A DNA stretch of 63,200 bases, filler included, from Perkinsus chesapeaki ATCC PRA-425 (GCA_013115145.1; 6 parts of 6 records of this genome joined end to end with filler, not necessarily neighbours in it), one strand, 5' to 3'. Shown: positions 1 through 14,176, counted from the first letter of the whole stretch. Numbers and translations are program-made. The notes: generated from the letters alone by a model not told the origin.

Positions 1-426
1 GCTGTCCGTGCACGCGTGCCGCTTATTGACGACCACAACTAAACTTGTCTACTTCGTAAACCTCACTTAATTGTCCAAATATTGTTGATATTGTTTGATG
101 TCATCTCATCGAGTTTTACTTGTTATCTGTGCTTGTTTTACTGTACTCATCTTTACTTGTTTCATTTGTTATGTGAACGGTTTTAGAGAGCTGCAGTTTT
201 GGAGGACATATTTTTGCTCTACGTTCGCCAAATTTATTTTAACCGCAAAGTCCTCGTTGCTTGGAGCTTGATTTTTCGAGACTAAAGGAAAATTCGGCGG
301 CACTTCGGAGCGGTCTAGATTTTAGTTTTAGTATCGAATTCATCCTAGCACCATGGCCGCTTGGAAGTTGGCACTGTGAATAAGGATTCAGAATTATAGT
401 TTAGGTTTGTAATTGGGGCATCACCA

Positions 427-3400
427 TTGGATGGCAGTGTTGATATTTATACTCTTTGGGATCAAAAGTTGGCTCAATCGCTTACATTACCGGAGCCAAT
501 ATTGGCTATGGGGGCATCACCTGGTGAGGAGGGAGATACAGTTGAAGGAAGAGGAGGAAGGGTAATTGGGGGAAATCAAGCCCGTCTCTGTGCGGAGCGA
601 CGCGCGGATGTCGCCCAACTCGTGTCGTAGGCTTCAAAGAGCTTTAGAGAGTGTTACGGAGATACTTTCTGTGAGAGCGGTCATTGAAGTTGGTAGCTGG
701 AAAAGGATACCTTCGTGGGAATACTTTGTATGTAGAATATAATAGAATATTGTTACTGGGAGTACCGGTCATCTTAAGAGTGTATTTAGTTTGGCGGGCG
801 GCACGCATTCAATTTTTCGAGTTAGGCTTTGAAATTTTAGGCATAGGGGTTTTACACCATGATTACAAATGCATTGTATCGTTGTAGAGAAGCCGCTTTT
901 GTTGGCGTTGTCAGTTGTTGTTCTGTCGTTGTTTTCAGAAGCATGTGAGCCTTTGCTGCCTTGGGACGGCCTCGGGAGCGGTATATGGTTTGGTGCCGAT
1001 ACCATTTGATGTTCAATTAAGAAGGCTAATAGTTGGATTGAAGATAGAACCGGCATTTGACTTATTAAATGCGATGTATCCGCTGGGGGTAGTACCTGGG
1101 TCGTTTGGGAGAAAGACGAGAATGTTAACCTGTTGAGCTGTAGGGAGCTGGTGAGGGTAGAGCGAGAGCTATGGACCTGCTGCATAGGGACGCTGGATGG
1201 CAGTTGTTTTCTAATTTACAGTTCTCACAGGTGAGCGGGGAAGGGGGTTATTGAAGACGAGCTTGTTTGGAAGTTATTTGTATTAAAAATTAGTGATAGT
1301 AGTTGTGTTCATCAAAGTTGTTCTTTTATTTAATAAAGGATATCTCAAGACGTCTATCAAATGGGAGCCCGGTATGAACCGTCGAGATCGAACGGCGCCT
1401 TACGGACCAACACTGGCAGGCGAGGCGATTATTATTTACTATTATTACACGCAAATGAATCTGTGTGTAAATCAAAATATAATGTTCGACATAATAAATA
1501 CTTGTTATTATATTGTATAATAGTGAGGTGGTTTGAAAGATGCGGATGGGAGTGCTTGTTCTGCTTTAGGCGTATCAACATTTATCGTCTCTTCGTGACT
1601 GTGAGCTCGATTGGTGTAAATTATTGCATTTTTGGGAGTATCTTTTGCCGAAGGAGTGGCAGACGGATGTAGAGGGAAGTGCTTTGAAAGAGAGCAGTGT
1701 ATTTGAACCAGTGGAGTTATCAAGGTAATATCTGGAGGTTGAGCATGCAAGATACGAAATAGGTTAAGTTTAGGTCATGCACGATAAGTGTGTATATCTC
1801 CGAGAGGAAGGCCGATTTGATTACCAAAGGGACGCCTGTCGAGGCCAGTCAAGGAGAGCTTGTGAATCTCGCTGGTAATTGACATTGAAGATTAAATTTA
1901 TATTTTTTTCTCTTGTGCAGCACTCCTTCGAGCAGGCTGCCGGAATGCTGTCTAATATTTTTCATATGAAATGACATGGTACTTTTACTATATATATTTT
2001 TATCACTTTTAATTATTTATAGTGCAGCACTTCCCCTTTGGCCAGGCAGGCGAGTGTCACTATTTATTTTTCATACAAAATTGTCGGGGGGATGCATTTG
2101 AACTAAATGGCGTCGTCGTTATGGCGACAATAAGTAACAGCTGATCAGTTGTATGATACAGGTGATTAGTTTTTATTTGTTATCGATATAGCTCATATCG
2201 CTGTTGAACTTAATACTAGTAATACTAGCTTTGACTCTACTCCTCCCATGAAGCTCCTCGGATGTCCTTTATTTTTTCAGATAGGGCGACCGCCACCTTC
2301 CTGGCCTCTAATAGGGATCGAACGAATTCCCCGAAGATACAAAGAGCGGTTGATCTTGTCTTATTAGTGCTGCTTGTCGCTACAGGTAAGGCAAAAATTT
2401 CCGGAAATTTTTTGGAAAATTTTTGGATTTTTTCCCAGATGATCCGAGGTGGAGATTGTGGCTGAATCCAAATGGTCCTCAAGGCGCTGACGAGATCTTG
2501 AAATTACCGATCAATATCACACCGGAAGAATTTCGTGGCGCAGTGAAAAAATTACCTCAGCAACCCAGAGAGGCAAAGGAGGCTGGTGCATGGTTGATGG
2601 CAGCGGCCGCTGGTAGTCGTTGGGGAGGAGAAGCGTTAAGCCTGACGAGAAAATACTTACTGAGGATTGGAGTACGTTGTTAGTGTTGAGATGCAATAGA
2701 GTCGATCGAATAGATAGTAGATATTATTTTACAGAAGGATTTAAATGTGATGTTCCGCCGATTCCATCTGAATTTTTCTGGAGTGTTTGGAAAGCATATG
2801 GCAGCTTATGAATTTTATAAGATCGCGTGCGGTCATCGTTAGTGGGACTACGGTATCGTAGTACGGAACGGCACGGTGGACCGTAGAGTAAGCGCAAAGC
2901 AAATTTTACGGTGATCCGTAACCGTGATTTTGCCCATCTATAGCATAGCTCGATGCTCGGATCTTGTTGCTACTGTGGTTTAACTGATCAAGGTTTTGAG
3001 ATACCTTTCACTTGTAGAGATGCTCAATCGAAACAAAAGGCTGTAGCCAACAGGGCCCGTCCGAGTGATCGATTATTATAGCGGGTTCTTTTGTGCAGAT
3101 AAAAGTGGGGAGGAATCCTTGCGGGTGCGGGCATTATCGCAACTGGATGAGTGTCTGCCTGATAGTGCAGAGAGGCTTTTACAGAGTTTAGCGGAGGCGA
3201 GGAGGGCAGATCCAGAGAGATGGGGAGCAGAGAAGGAAAGGAGGTTTATAAAAAGCTTGGGGAGGTAGTAGGAGGATTGGTGTTTTTTGTGGAGGGGTCG
3301 ATTCTTCAGCTTATTATTGTCATAAGGGCTTTTGAGGTGTTTTTACTATATGCCGTAACGTGTTGCCGTTTCTGTAGTGGAGGTAGAGGGCAGCGCGGTT

Positions 3401-6167
3401 AGGAAGCAAAAGGTCCCTGGTTCGATTCCTGGCGGATACCATTGCTCTTAGTGATTTCGTCGCTGACTCCGCTATCCTTATGCACTCTGTTATCTATGTT
3501 GGCGAATAAATTGCAGAAAACTCTCCCAGTCGACTCCCCGTGGATAGCTAAGCCTCGGTACTGGCTAATTTATGACGCATCTTCTGCTAGGAGCTGCTTT
3601 GAGATCTGAGGGTTCTGATTAAGTCTATGTTGGTAAGAGAGTTAGGGCTCTTGAAATTACAGGTCTACTTCATCAATATGAGTTTATCTTGGCTAACTTA
3701 TTACTCGTCTTTGGCGCTCACTGCCAGGGTCTTTGGGATTCGAGTGTGTTGATTCAGATGTCTGGATTCACTGAGATCGGATGAGGGACGGTTTAAGCGT
3801 GCCAATGACAGTTGGATAGATCTGGTGTCATCTCTTTCGCCTGATACTGTCATACAGGATTTGGATCCATCACCGATGGTAGTGGGGCGGGGGCGGGGTG
3901 TGGACTAAATGATTGGAGTGACGGAAGATATGTTCGGTGCGGCGGGGAAGGTCATACCGTATTTTACTCTGATATACGAAATTGGTATTGGGTAGTCATG
4001 AAGCCGAACGTAACTGTATTTGGGATGGGAAGTTAGAGAATGATCACAGTGAAAGTTTCTGTGATGTATTTTTATTAAGAGGCTTTCTGTGAGGCCGAGG
4101 TGGGGGGAACTACTAATTAAAATAGTTATTTTAACTATATTACATTGACGTTGATACAATCATCTTGGATTTTTGTGAAAACCGGTGTTACGTTGGCGCG
4201 GGTTCGAATCCAGGTGGGGGTATTTCTCTGCTCTTTAGGTTCTTGAGCGATACTTAGTGAGGAAAATTGATGACGATTCGCAAAGTACAGAGGAGGAGAA
4301 AGTGGGTATGAGAACGCAGTTGGCGATATTATATACGAAGGTAGTACTGGAAATAGAACCGGGGACCTTTGGATTGTAAATATATAGACGCCGGCTCTAC
4401 GTGCTAAACTGCTGCCACTGCTAAAAAGCGATGAGAAACTGGATGCGGAGGCTGTATTGGACGGGTCGACTAGACTCGAACCTGTGGAGAGGATGGTAGT
4501 ATTTGAAATTAAATTGACGATAAAATCTGGGTTTTAGGCTTTACTGGGTCGAATGGGCCGACATAGGGACGCATTGCTGGAGTGCTTGGATAAAGGGGAG
4601 GAATACTGTGGAAATGATAAGGTGATATTTGGCGGGCCGCCGGGAGGGAGATCTGGCATCTGGAAAATGTTTTAAAAATGAACATCGATCGGGATTTTTA
4701 GAGCTAGTCGTTGAGTCAACTTTTAAGCCGATAGGCGTTCTCGGTTTAGGGTTTACTTATGTTGTACGTATCACTGCTATTGGAGTTATCGCGGACATCT
4801 GAAGCATTGGTAGTAGTTAATCGACATTATATAGACTTGGATCCGATGGAGGTATTGGATTTGTTACCGGATGATATGTTATTGGATGGTCAGGCATTGA
4901 GGTATGAAGGGGTGGAAATTGGGCTATTTTATATTTCTGTGTTCGGAAAAAAAGACTACTCTCTATGCTGATATATGGATGCTCTTCGGCCGTGTCATTT
5001 CTACAGTATCTTCTACAGTGTCATTTTATATTGTTTCACGATATACGGGCCTTAGCGAAGGTTACTATATCGGGCTTCCTATCCAAGCTGGCAGTATACT
5101 AGATGAAGCCAACGGGCCTAACTAGCTCGCCATCACTTTTTGAGAATATCTCTATTAAGGGATGTATGGGTGGGGCAGGATGCTATTAGGTTGAGAGGAT
5201 ACCGTGGATAAAGTATGCTCCACGCGAAATGCCCTTAATTGAAAATTAACGCCGAAAAGTTGCGGCCGGACGATCTCCGAGATTCGGGGCATGTGGGATT
5301 ACTCGGCGTGCCAAAGCTTTGGGCTCAGCACGCCGGGGACTCGCGTGAAGTATTCAATAACTTTTCAGCTTATGGGAAGCTTATGGCGTCCCTCCATTAT
5401 ACATTGCACAAGCTTAGGTGGATGAGATACCTCCAAAATTTCGAGAGGGACTAATTCAGACTGTAGATGAAGAATGATGGGCTAGTTCAGATAGAGCGAT
5501 TCCGCGGGGGGGGACTAGGCTACGTTAGTGCTTGTTGTTGATAGGCTTCCTTATGTCGTTCTTTGTTTTAGGTATCTTAGGTCGGCATGCGTATCAGCAC
5601 CGATCAGTAGTGAGGATACAGTTTTGGCTGCGGAAAAGATGACGGGGACGATGTTCTTGGATGAGTATTCGCGGTGGCAAAAGGAAAGGGGACGGTAATA
5701 TAAGGAGGGGCGCTACTGCAGGATTATTAATTATTTTGTTTGTATTATGAACAAAGTCTTATCGAGACGTATCGTATTACGACCTTTGTAAATGAATAGT
5801 TCTTGATAGTTAAAGGTGGAATAGTTAAAATTATCGATGGAGAGAATTTGTGATTTAATATCGTTATATGACACTGCCGTCCATAAAGATTTAGCTGAGT
5901 CGTGAAGTGTTGAACCTTTTCCCGAGTAAACTTGGGAATTCCGCTTAATAAGTGGCGCTTCATCCTATTCCTTGAAGGTACGTAGTGATGTCAGAAGAGA
6001 GAGCATGTCCAGTGTGCAATAGGAGATTTGTGGCGAGTGACGGAGAGGCGACAGCTAAGCCGTTCGTTGTGTACCCGAATAACGTGGTTGTTCACGTTCA
6101 GTGTGCTGATCCTAGTTTGAGTGTGTGCCCGGTGACGGGAGTGAAATTCAGTCCGACGTTAAAATGA
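427..6167 (+). CDS. Vps39/Vam6/TGFBRAP1-like vesicle-tethering subunit, many exons; 5' end uncertain and probably upstream
   Basis: Exon peptides include VDIYTLWDQKLAQSL (CNH-like), VLERYL, RAKLLPLLKS, ERM-ALLGRMGRHRDAL and LDPMEVLDLLPDDMLL. The C-terminus CPVCNRRF...FVVYPNNVVVHVQC resembles the Vps39_2 zinc-finger-like tail. GT-AG introns lie between exons. Confidence 0.75.
3368..3440 (+). pseudogene. tRNA-Val-like relic filling a ~97-nt intron (3355-3451)
   Basis: 73 nt, GTTTCTGTAGTG...AAAAGGTCCCTGGTTCGATTCCTGGCGGATACC. Acceptor stem pairs 6/7, T-stem 4/5, B-box intact; D and anticodon arms do not fold. Confidence 0.6.
4182..4222 (+). pseudogene. Possible tRNA 3'-half relic (B-box) in a 64-nt intron (4175-4238)
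   Basis: Perfect GGTTCGAATCC at 4201-4211 preceded by GGCGCG, as in Leu/Ser tRNAs; stems are poor. Confidence 0.35.
4349..4376 (-). pseudogene. Possible antisense tRNA T-arm relic in a 47-nt intron (4341-4387)
   Basis: Minus strand reads CAATCCAAAGGTCCCCGGTTCTATTTCC, resembling a tRNA variable loop plus T-arm with a mutated TTCGA. Confidence 0.3.
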
Positions 6168-6244
6168 CTGTTTCTATTGAAGAGGGGTTTAGTAGGAAAT
6201 TGGAGGGATGGAATTAAGTTGATTTTCTCACGCGCCACGTAATT

Positions 6245-9200
6245 ATGCTTGCGAGGAGCTGGTCGAGAGTGACTTGCCGAGGAGGGCTTTGTGTGGCGGG
6301 ACAATTGCGTTGGCATTCGCATGGGCATCTGCATGGAGGAGAGATGACAGGAGCTGAACTAACTGAGGAGTTGAAGGCGGATAGGCAGGCTGTAGTGGAA
6401 AGGACTAAACGGTGCTATAAAGGGGAGGGGTTGGGCACTATGTGATTCGCAGAAGGTTTGGCGATAAGATGGTATATTACCATCCCGTATACCATAGTTC
6501 ACCATTAATAAACAAAGTCTGTGAAATTCGAATGATTTATGTTAGACCCTAACAGCTAGAATAATATTTATATTTATTATTTTCCTTTTTTTCATTCTGA
6601 GCTACACTTTCTCCTGCAGGTCAGTGTGACTGTCTTGCCGCGACAGTCTTGTTAAGCAACATATCTGTTGCTGTACCTGAGAGGGGTAGAGTGTGATTCC
6701 TCCATATGGCGTTCTTTGTGTAAGAGTCTTGAGGCTGAGCTTTAAGCCTTAAGCTCAATGATCCGGGTAGCGAACCGGTCCGCTGCTCGATCTTAAAAAA
6801 ACCGCTCTACGAGAGCCGTAGGTCCTAGGGGCTGCCGCATACTTTTTGGCATACGATTTGAGAGTCGCTGCGAACGTTAGAGGGGCGAACCTAGTTCATC
6901 CGGCGAACAACCTTTATGGTTGAATCATATTGAAGAGAGGGACTTGGAAGCTTGGGAGGTTGGTATCGTCTCCATTTTAGTGTCCGTAAAGTGATGTCGC
7001 CGGAGGAGACAAAAGCATTGGTGATGCCATCGAGGCTGCCGGAGGATTTTATTGAGGAAACTTTAATACCGCACATGGAGAACTGCATTAGATTTAATAT
7101 AAAAGTATGTACTAAAGGGGAGGGTGGAGAATCTTTGGCAGCTGTTGTGGGCGGATTCAGAAATGGCAGAAGTGATTCGTATTCGGTGATGTAATGGATA
7201 TCGCTATTATAAATAGTGAGTTAATTATTATAAATTATAATATTGTTTACTGTGTATGATTTATATCGGCATTAAAATAACAATATCTATATAAAATAGA
7301 AGAAGCATTAGACAGTTGATAAATGATATAACAAAAAATGCTGTATCGTACGCCGCAACGATCGCATACGTCTACGTATGGAGAATGTCTATTTGATTGA
7401 ATAAGAAAGTATATGGTAGGAGGTGGGAGGTTTCGGGCCGAATAATAGCAGCTGGGCTACATGGGTTGGAATTTTCGACTTCAACTTCCAAAATCTTGAA
7501 TCAAAATAAGGGTCACTCCAATATAAGTAAAATGTAGATGTATACAGTGTAATAACGTAGGATAGTTTACACAACTGGACATATAATCTGCATACTGATA
7601 TCGGACATTCGATATGCTAGAACGGGTTCATTAAATCATTCAATTTGAATGGCCCTATATAACGTTACTTAATGCCACTTCAGCAGCCAGTGTGATGTCG
7701 TTTGGTAGTCGGATGAGAAAATATGGTATCATCTCTCAACGGATTGTGAAGGACGTGTTATCTTAGACGTACACGCCAGCCGAGCTCACTCAGCTAACCA
7801 GAGGATATGCGCTGTATACATATAGAAGAGATACGAGCGGGAACGGACCATTGATGGAGTATTTGGCTGAAATGATAAAGTCGAGGATGGTCGCTTTTAC
7901 GGCTATTGAGATCGTAATATTTTGGAGAGATGATTGTTGTTCGTCAGTGTGAGATCAGTCTGTGAAGGGGGATTATAGTGGGGATGATTATTAAATGATA
8001 TTACGATTCAAATTTATGTATAGCACGGCCTGACACAATAGAATTTAATAATAATAGTTGCCAGGAAGTGGTAACATTCGTGAATGAATGCTGTATAGAA
8101 ACGTAATTTCCAGGCAGTACGTGCTCTAAAAACGAGTAGAAGTAAGCCGCCGATTTAGGTTCGTTGGGAGTTTTCAGTATATCGACTTTGGCTGTCTCTA
8201 AAAACGTGACCTAACTCTGTGGCTCCCCTTAATTCAAATATCTTAGGTTGATATTCTACCAGCATGCCAGACTCTTTTTGAGAACGATACTGAACTGTTC
8301 GACATGTTAACTGAGAGGATCAAGGTTACCGGAAAAACTATTTTTTCTCAAAAAGTCGTATTTCCTAGGAAACCATCAACGACTATAGCGCATTAAACTT
8401 GATTGGTCTTGTCCGGACTTTCGCGCGCCGTGAAATTGATAAGAAGGAGACTAACCAAGGTTATCCTGTACGGGAGATACTCATACCGAGATTGAAGGAA
8501 GCTTTGGAGAGGTATTGTAGTGGGATGGAGTGAGCATATCTTTGTGGAGGCTCATATAGATACGATACTGCGGAGGTCTGCGATATCATAGTAGCAATTG
8601 CGGACTCGGCCGCTACGGATAAGACTATTAGTATGGATTTGCCGATAATGCAAAGTGTGCTGCCTGAACTAGAGCATAGGCTTGATGACTTGGGTGAGAC
8701 AATTCCGTTGGTGACGCATATTGCTGTGGCGTGGGCCCTGGCGAGGCTGGGAATCTACCATGAGGGGTATCTTGATCGAGTGGCTAAAATTATACACGAG
8801 AAGGAAAGTATAAGAAACGATATAACTCCTCGGTATTTGGTGAGGTTGATATGGATATACTGTAAGTGTGATGCGCTGGATAAGATTGTGGCGGATATAG
8901 GACCGGTTTTGGAGACAAGTGTGGGATATATGGGCGCAGCGCAGTTTGCGAGGTTGGCGCAATGCAGTCATCAAATGGAGAAGGTCAAGGATATTGTTGA
9001 TGTTCAGAGCATGGTGGATCGATTAGGCGATCGATTATGCAGCGAGCTTGTAGTTGGTATTGAAGATAACATTACGAATGTGAGCAAGCTCGGTACGGCA
9101 GACGCCTGCTATGTGCTGCTCGGTTTAATAGAATCTGGGACCATTGAGAAAGGCTTCGAGAGGCCGGTGGATGCCGATGGGAATTACTTGGCGTGGATGA

Positions 9201-9481
9201 AAGACGGATCGCGTTTGGGCCGCTTGTTGACGTATGTGCATAAATTCCAGGACGATTTCGAGGCGACTGAAATTCAGAAAATTATAAGAGTGTTGCATGT
9301 CATGCAAAAAGGAGCGTACAGAGAATATCTTGATTTGTTGCCTGCATCTTGGGAGTCGCAGAAGAAAGATACGCTTCATCGCATCGCGAAGAAAAAGGAA
9401 GTCGAGGAGAAGTTTTTGGTTGAAGAGGCTAAAAGAGAGAGGAAGGAGCAGGGATTTTTTAAGAGGGTTTTTGGGATGTGA
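6245..9481 (+). CDS. Mitochondrion-targeted helical-repeat protein (HPR/OPR/FASTK-like), multi-exon with a long last exon
   Basis: N-terminus MLARSWSRVTCRGG... is Arg/Ser-rich and lacks acidic residues, like a presequence. The long final open frame (8633-9481) has WALARLG and YLVRLIWIYCK helical-repeat-type motifs. Confidence 0.5.
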
Positions 9482-12400
9482 ATGTGATATGGCTTTTGGA
9501 CACGTTTCTGACTGACAGAAGTGTCGGCGATATTGTTGCGTTAGAGTGTTCATCCTTGGGGAGCGATCGATCTTATATTCTTGGTGCGCTAGTTGTCATA
9601 GATATCTTGTTGTGTAGGCTACACTCAGTCATGCAGTACAGCTGAGTGAGTTATTAATCATACTCCAAATAAGTCCTAAAATGAGAGGATACTACTAGTA
9701 TGATAATCATACTAGTAGTATGGTCTTCCACCATGTGGCTTGATAGTTAATCTATCATAGATTTGAATTTTATGACATTCCTACAGGAAGTATGTGTCTC
9801 GGAATCGGCCTGCTTCGAGTCTCACAGCTTGTTCAGCTGTTAAACTTTGACGAGCCTTGTTATTTCTTTTTTGCGCAGCCTGATCGGATCGTGGCCTCGG
9901 AGCCAGAGGGCTATGTTTAATCCCATCCCGTACTACTAGTACGGTACTGGGTCATGAATGATTCTCCATGCATCATTTTCTTGACTGAAAAGAATGATGC
10001 ATGGAGGTTCCAGAGAGTCTCCAGGAGGGAGACTGTTGCTGGGGCACGTACGACGCAGGCTACGGCGAACGCCATTCTATTAATTTGATAGAATCACGTT
10101 GATACCCACGGTAGAGACAGCGAGACGCTCTGATGCATCCTCGCAGGTTCCCATAACGGAAGCAACGCGCAACGAGATCCCATCTCATATAATGCTGGGA
10201 TTTGGATGAACCAAATTGGTTCTTCCCAAACTGGCCGCCAGTTCCTGACGGCTCGTCAAAGCAGATTACTTAATTATTGATGAGCAGCAAGAACAGCACC
10301 GGCGTGTTCAGCTCCATCATGTCGTGGAGCAGCTGGAGCTTAAACTACCCGTAATCTGAAGAATGATACAGGATGGCTCGAGTGCTATGAACGCTGCTGT
10401 TCGGCAGATTCACCCTACTTTGAGTCCGTCGTTACAAGCTGCTTCTTCCACTTGATGCAGGCGGTCAAATCGAAGAAGGGGTCAATGTCTATTCCGATGG
10501 ACACATGGCTGGGGTTCAAGTCGGACCTGAGGACAGTGATTCTCTCTAGCACAGTGCATGAGTTCAGTATCTTGTTTGCAGCCGCTATGTACCAGAATGG
10601 ACTCATTGGATCCAAAATTTGAACTGACAGCTCAAATTTTGAACTCCAAAATACTACCCCTCGGCTATCACACATTTCCCACGCGTGCGACCAAGAATGG
10701 GGCTCCAATCGACGTCTTGACTACAAACGTGTCTCATCTGAATGTTTCAATACTCACTGCAATTTGCAGTCTACAAAAAAGTCTCATGCTTATTCGCTTG
10801 TTCGATTTCACAAAGAGATCGTTGCCACCTGCGTTAGTGTAATTCTCAAAGCCTAGTTGGCTATAATGAGAACAAAAATTCTTCTGGACATAAAAATGGT
10901 TTACAGGAGTCTTGTGACAGGAGTCCTGTCACAGGACAGCAGTGCTATCACAGCACTTTCCCTCGAGGAAGTGATGTTCTGTGAGGGAATTACTTGACAG
11001 TACTGCCCGAGTTACCTGCCTTGCGGCGTGGGCCACGCCGCGTGGCTGATTGGATTATCGGCCCGCTATCATCGTGCTATAAAATTTATATACTCTCCTA
11101 CAGAACATTATCAACACTGAATGTGGGTGGGGATTTGTGCGTTCAGCTTTTTCTCGGAAACATTAGATTATATAATATTTATAGCACATAGAACAACTTA
11201 TAGAACTGAGAGATGTATATTTCATACGGTAGTTCTCTAATAGACTTTTTTGAAATTTACCGTATAAAGTATTTGAAATTCAACAATTTATGATCGGACT
11301 TTTCCATCTCTAGGCATCCCTATTAGGAAAAGATTTTCAGGGACGAAATTGAGGAGTGTTTTCAGATTCAGAACTTCTAAATTGTTTCATTGGTACTACT
11401 ATCCCAGGACGTATTTATTAAGGGTTATTATAAGGGTTTCCTGGGAGAAAAATACTACGTAACTGAAAGCTCTGATTCTCCATCATACAGTATAACTAGT
11501 GGGAAATGAATTTCCATCATGTAGCGGGAAATTTCCAGTATAAATATTTCGGCGATGTTACTCGTTGACCAGGTGATTGGTATCCCACCCTCATTCCAAA
11601 ACATAGTAGTACCACATTGCCACTGTAGCTTGTATTTCATTTGTCTCCTATGGGCAATAAAAGTCGTAACCGTAAATCGTCCAAGGGGATGGTATCGAAG
11701 CCAGATCTCGATGTTAACGAGCTAGCCAATGTAGGTGACTAGAGGGACACGGTGATTGGATCGACGTTGATATGACTTTGCAATGGCTCAATTGAGGATG
11801 GAGGTGATTGTAGCATAGCAGCTATGCTACAGCTATGCCATAGCTCCCAGTCAGTGCGGTGACTCACCGCCGGTGAGTTACAAACTAATATAGGCTGCAT
11901 GATACAGCCTGCATCCAATGATTCGATACATTCAACATTGACAATGTTACATTGTACTACAATGGTTGTAGTCCAACGCGAATGCATCATCCTTAGTATA
12001 AATCTTAGTGGCGATAGAAAACAGCAAATAGGGAAGAACAATCTGCCGAGTTTGATTTCACAAGATCAGATCTCCCTCGCTCTTCCGTGACGGATCTGAA
12101 CTTCGAATCATGGAAGTTCCGTGATTCGAGCTCCCGCTTCCATTGTTCGATTGTTCCATTGATAATATCAACCATTCGCCCGCAAGCTAGGTTAACAATT
12201 AATATCAACTTGATATTCTATAGCCAGTATTGATTAAATTCAGGTTCTCGCATCTTCCGGTGACGCTATCGCTTCAACGTCAACTACCGTTACTGATTAT
12301 GGTTATGATGGTGCTAAGCTGAATGTGCAGCTCATGCAAGGGTCAGTCGAGGTGCATCTTTGGTTGCCATATAATAGCGAAATTATTCAGACGCATATAT

Positions 12401-14176
12401 ATGTGATAACAAAATGTCCTGTCACACTGGGTATCGTAAATAATGCTCGTATATCTGCTCAAGCATCGTATGTTGAGATTCTCAACGCAATTCGGAATCT
12501 CCGGTCCCTGACGGTTCTAGGGAGGGGCACCTTGTTTGCAACACTCCTCAATGAAGGTTCTTCATCACATACCACATTGTAACAATATTATCGTAATTAT
12601 ATGTGAATGATCCGTGACTCACGGACCGTGAGTGATATGTACATTACATAAAAGTAATCCCCTCTCTCCTAAGGTTCTGTCTGGTCCCTTCTATCAATGA
12701 AACGTGTACATGAGCTGTGTTTTCAGATCCACCCGAAGAGTTTTATCGGCCCTAGGTGTCACTGCATCACGAGATCCTATACTGTTACGTCAAGCAATGG
12801 ACTTCATGAAAAGGTGAGATTCCATTTTGGGGGTGGAGGAACGTCTGGGTAATGAATGCTACTGACGACAAATTTAAAGCTTTACGGAGTTTTATGTCAA
12901 CTTAGCGGAATTCTGACGATCTTTGGAACCCTCGGCGCAGAAGAATAGTGATATTTCTTCGAGCGAATTCCGCGAAGACTTCGAAATCCCATCGTTATCA
13001 TCGCGACGTTCGTCATTTTGCCAACATTTAAGTTGAATGATCCAACTGGGACGGAATCTGCATACGGTGACAGTATCACTGTGTATTGGACCATCCAAGT
13101 TGGATACAACCGGTATACACATCGCAATGTTGGGAGTGATTCGACTTTCTTTGGAACGGACATCCCTCATTTCTGAGATGAGCGGTCGCTTGATCGAGGC
13201 GTTATGAAGGGCAACAGCCAGTGCATCCATTACCGAGGACTCTTCATTAGCCACTTCAAGTGGCAAGTGGCCCACTTGGTCATGGGAGGCATCACGTGTG
13301 GGCATCGGCGTCCCTCTGGTTGAGAACGGAGATTGTTGGCCTTTGTTTGCAAGAGAACCATTCGATTTGGGAGAACCAGATCACATAAGATAGCCGGGAG
13401 AGCATCCGGTCTTGAAGCCCGGGTTTTCTCCAGTAATTAACGGGTTCAAACTCCGTTGATGGCACGGTTTGTCAAACCGTTGGACAAAAATCGTTTTCTT
13501 TGTGTTACGCCCTTGCCAAGAGCGCCTTGGTAAATCGTCCGTGAGCGATCTTTACCGGATTTCTCTAGTCTTGACCTACAACCACTAGAGAACTCCTTCG
13601 CGGTATTCAAGAAGAGATCCTTGCGAGGTCCACATCCGGGGAGCTACGATGAACTGAGAAGTAGAGCCATTGTAGCTCTAGACTAGTTGAACAAGGATGG
13701 GTATTGCACATAGCTGACATAATTTCGCACATGCTGCCAATAATGCATTGATGGTGGTGGGATTATGTTCCGTTACAAGTGGCCATGGTGGTCTTCGTTG
13801 GGGGTTTCCTGGTGCACGGTGCTTCGTGTTCAACCAGATGAGCAAAATTTTAGAAACTCGCACTTGGCGAGAAAAGCGTTCGATGAGTGAAGGCTCGCCC
13901 GATTCTGAATTCATTGCTACCTTGCAGCCCTCGAAATTCGTTCGCGTTGAAGAGAGACCCTGGCCCTGGGGAATTAACATTTTTTTAAGTGTTTTTTTCG
14001 GTGGCGTGCCTACCTGTCATTCGATAGATCTTTTAATTGGCGATCGAGTGGTGTCTAATTCATCGGACTGTGTAAGTGGTAAATCAATGAAATCTTCCTT
14101 GGACAACTCTTGCGGCCGGGTATGTTGCAATCTGTATCCATTTTATATTTTTTAACATCTCAAGACGCAGAGTTAG

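Noticed and set aside
4472-4484. Antisense B-box-like GACTCGAACCTG as another intronic tRNA relic
   Set aside because: It falls in a Vps39 exon (STRLEPVERM), before the donor at about 4496.
6761-6773. 13-nt match to the tRNA-His 3' end (ATCCGGGTAGCGA)
   Set aside because: No T-loop upstream, probably coding, and within chance expectation.
12260-12582. Retropepsin-like fragment of an LTR element (also 22850-22980)
   Set aside because: Only a vague resemblance; no intact DTG/DSG, RT or integrase motif and no LTR pair.
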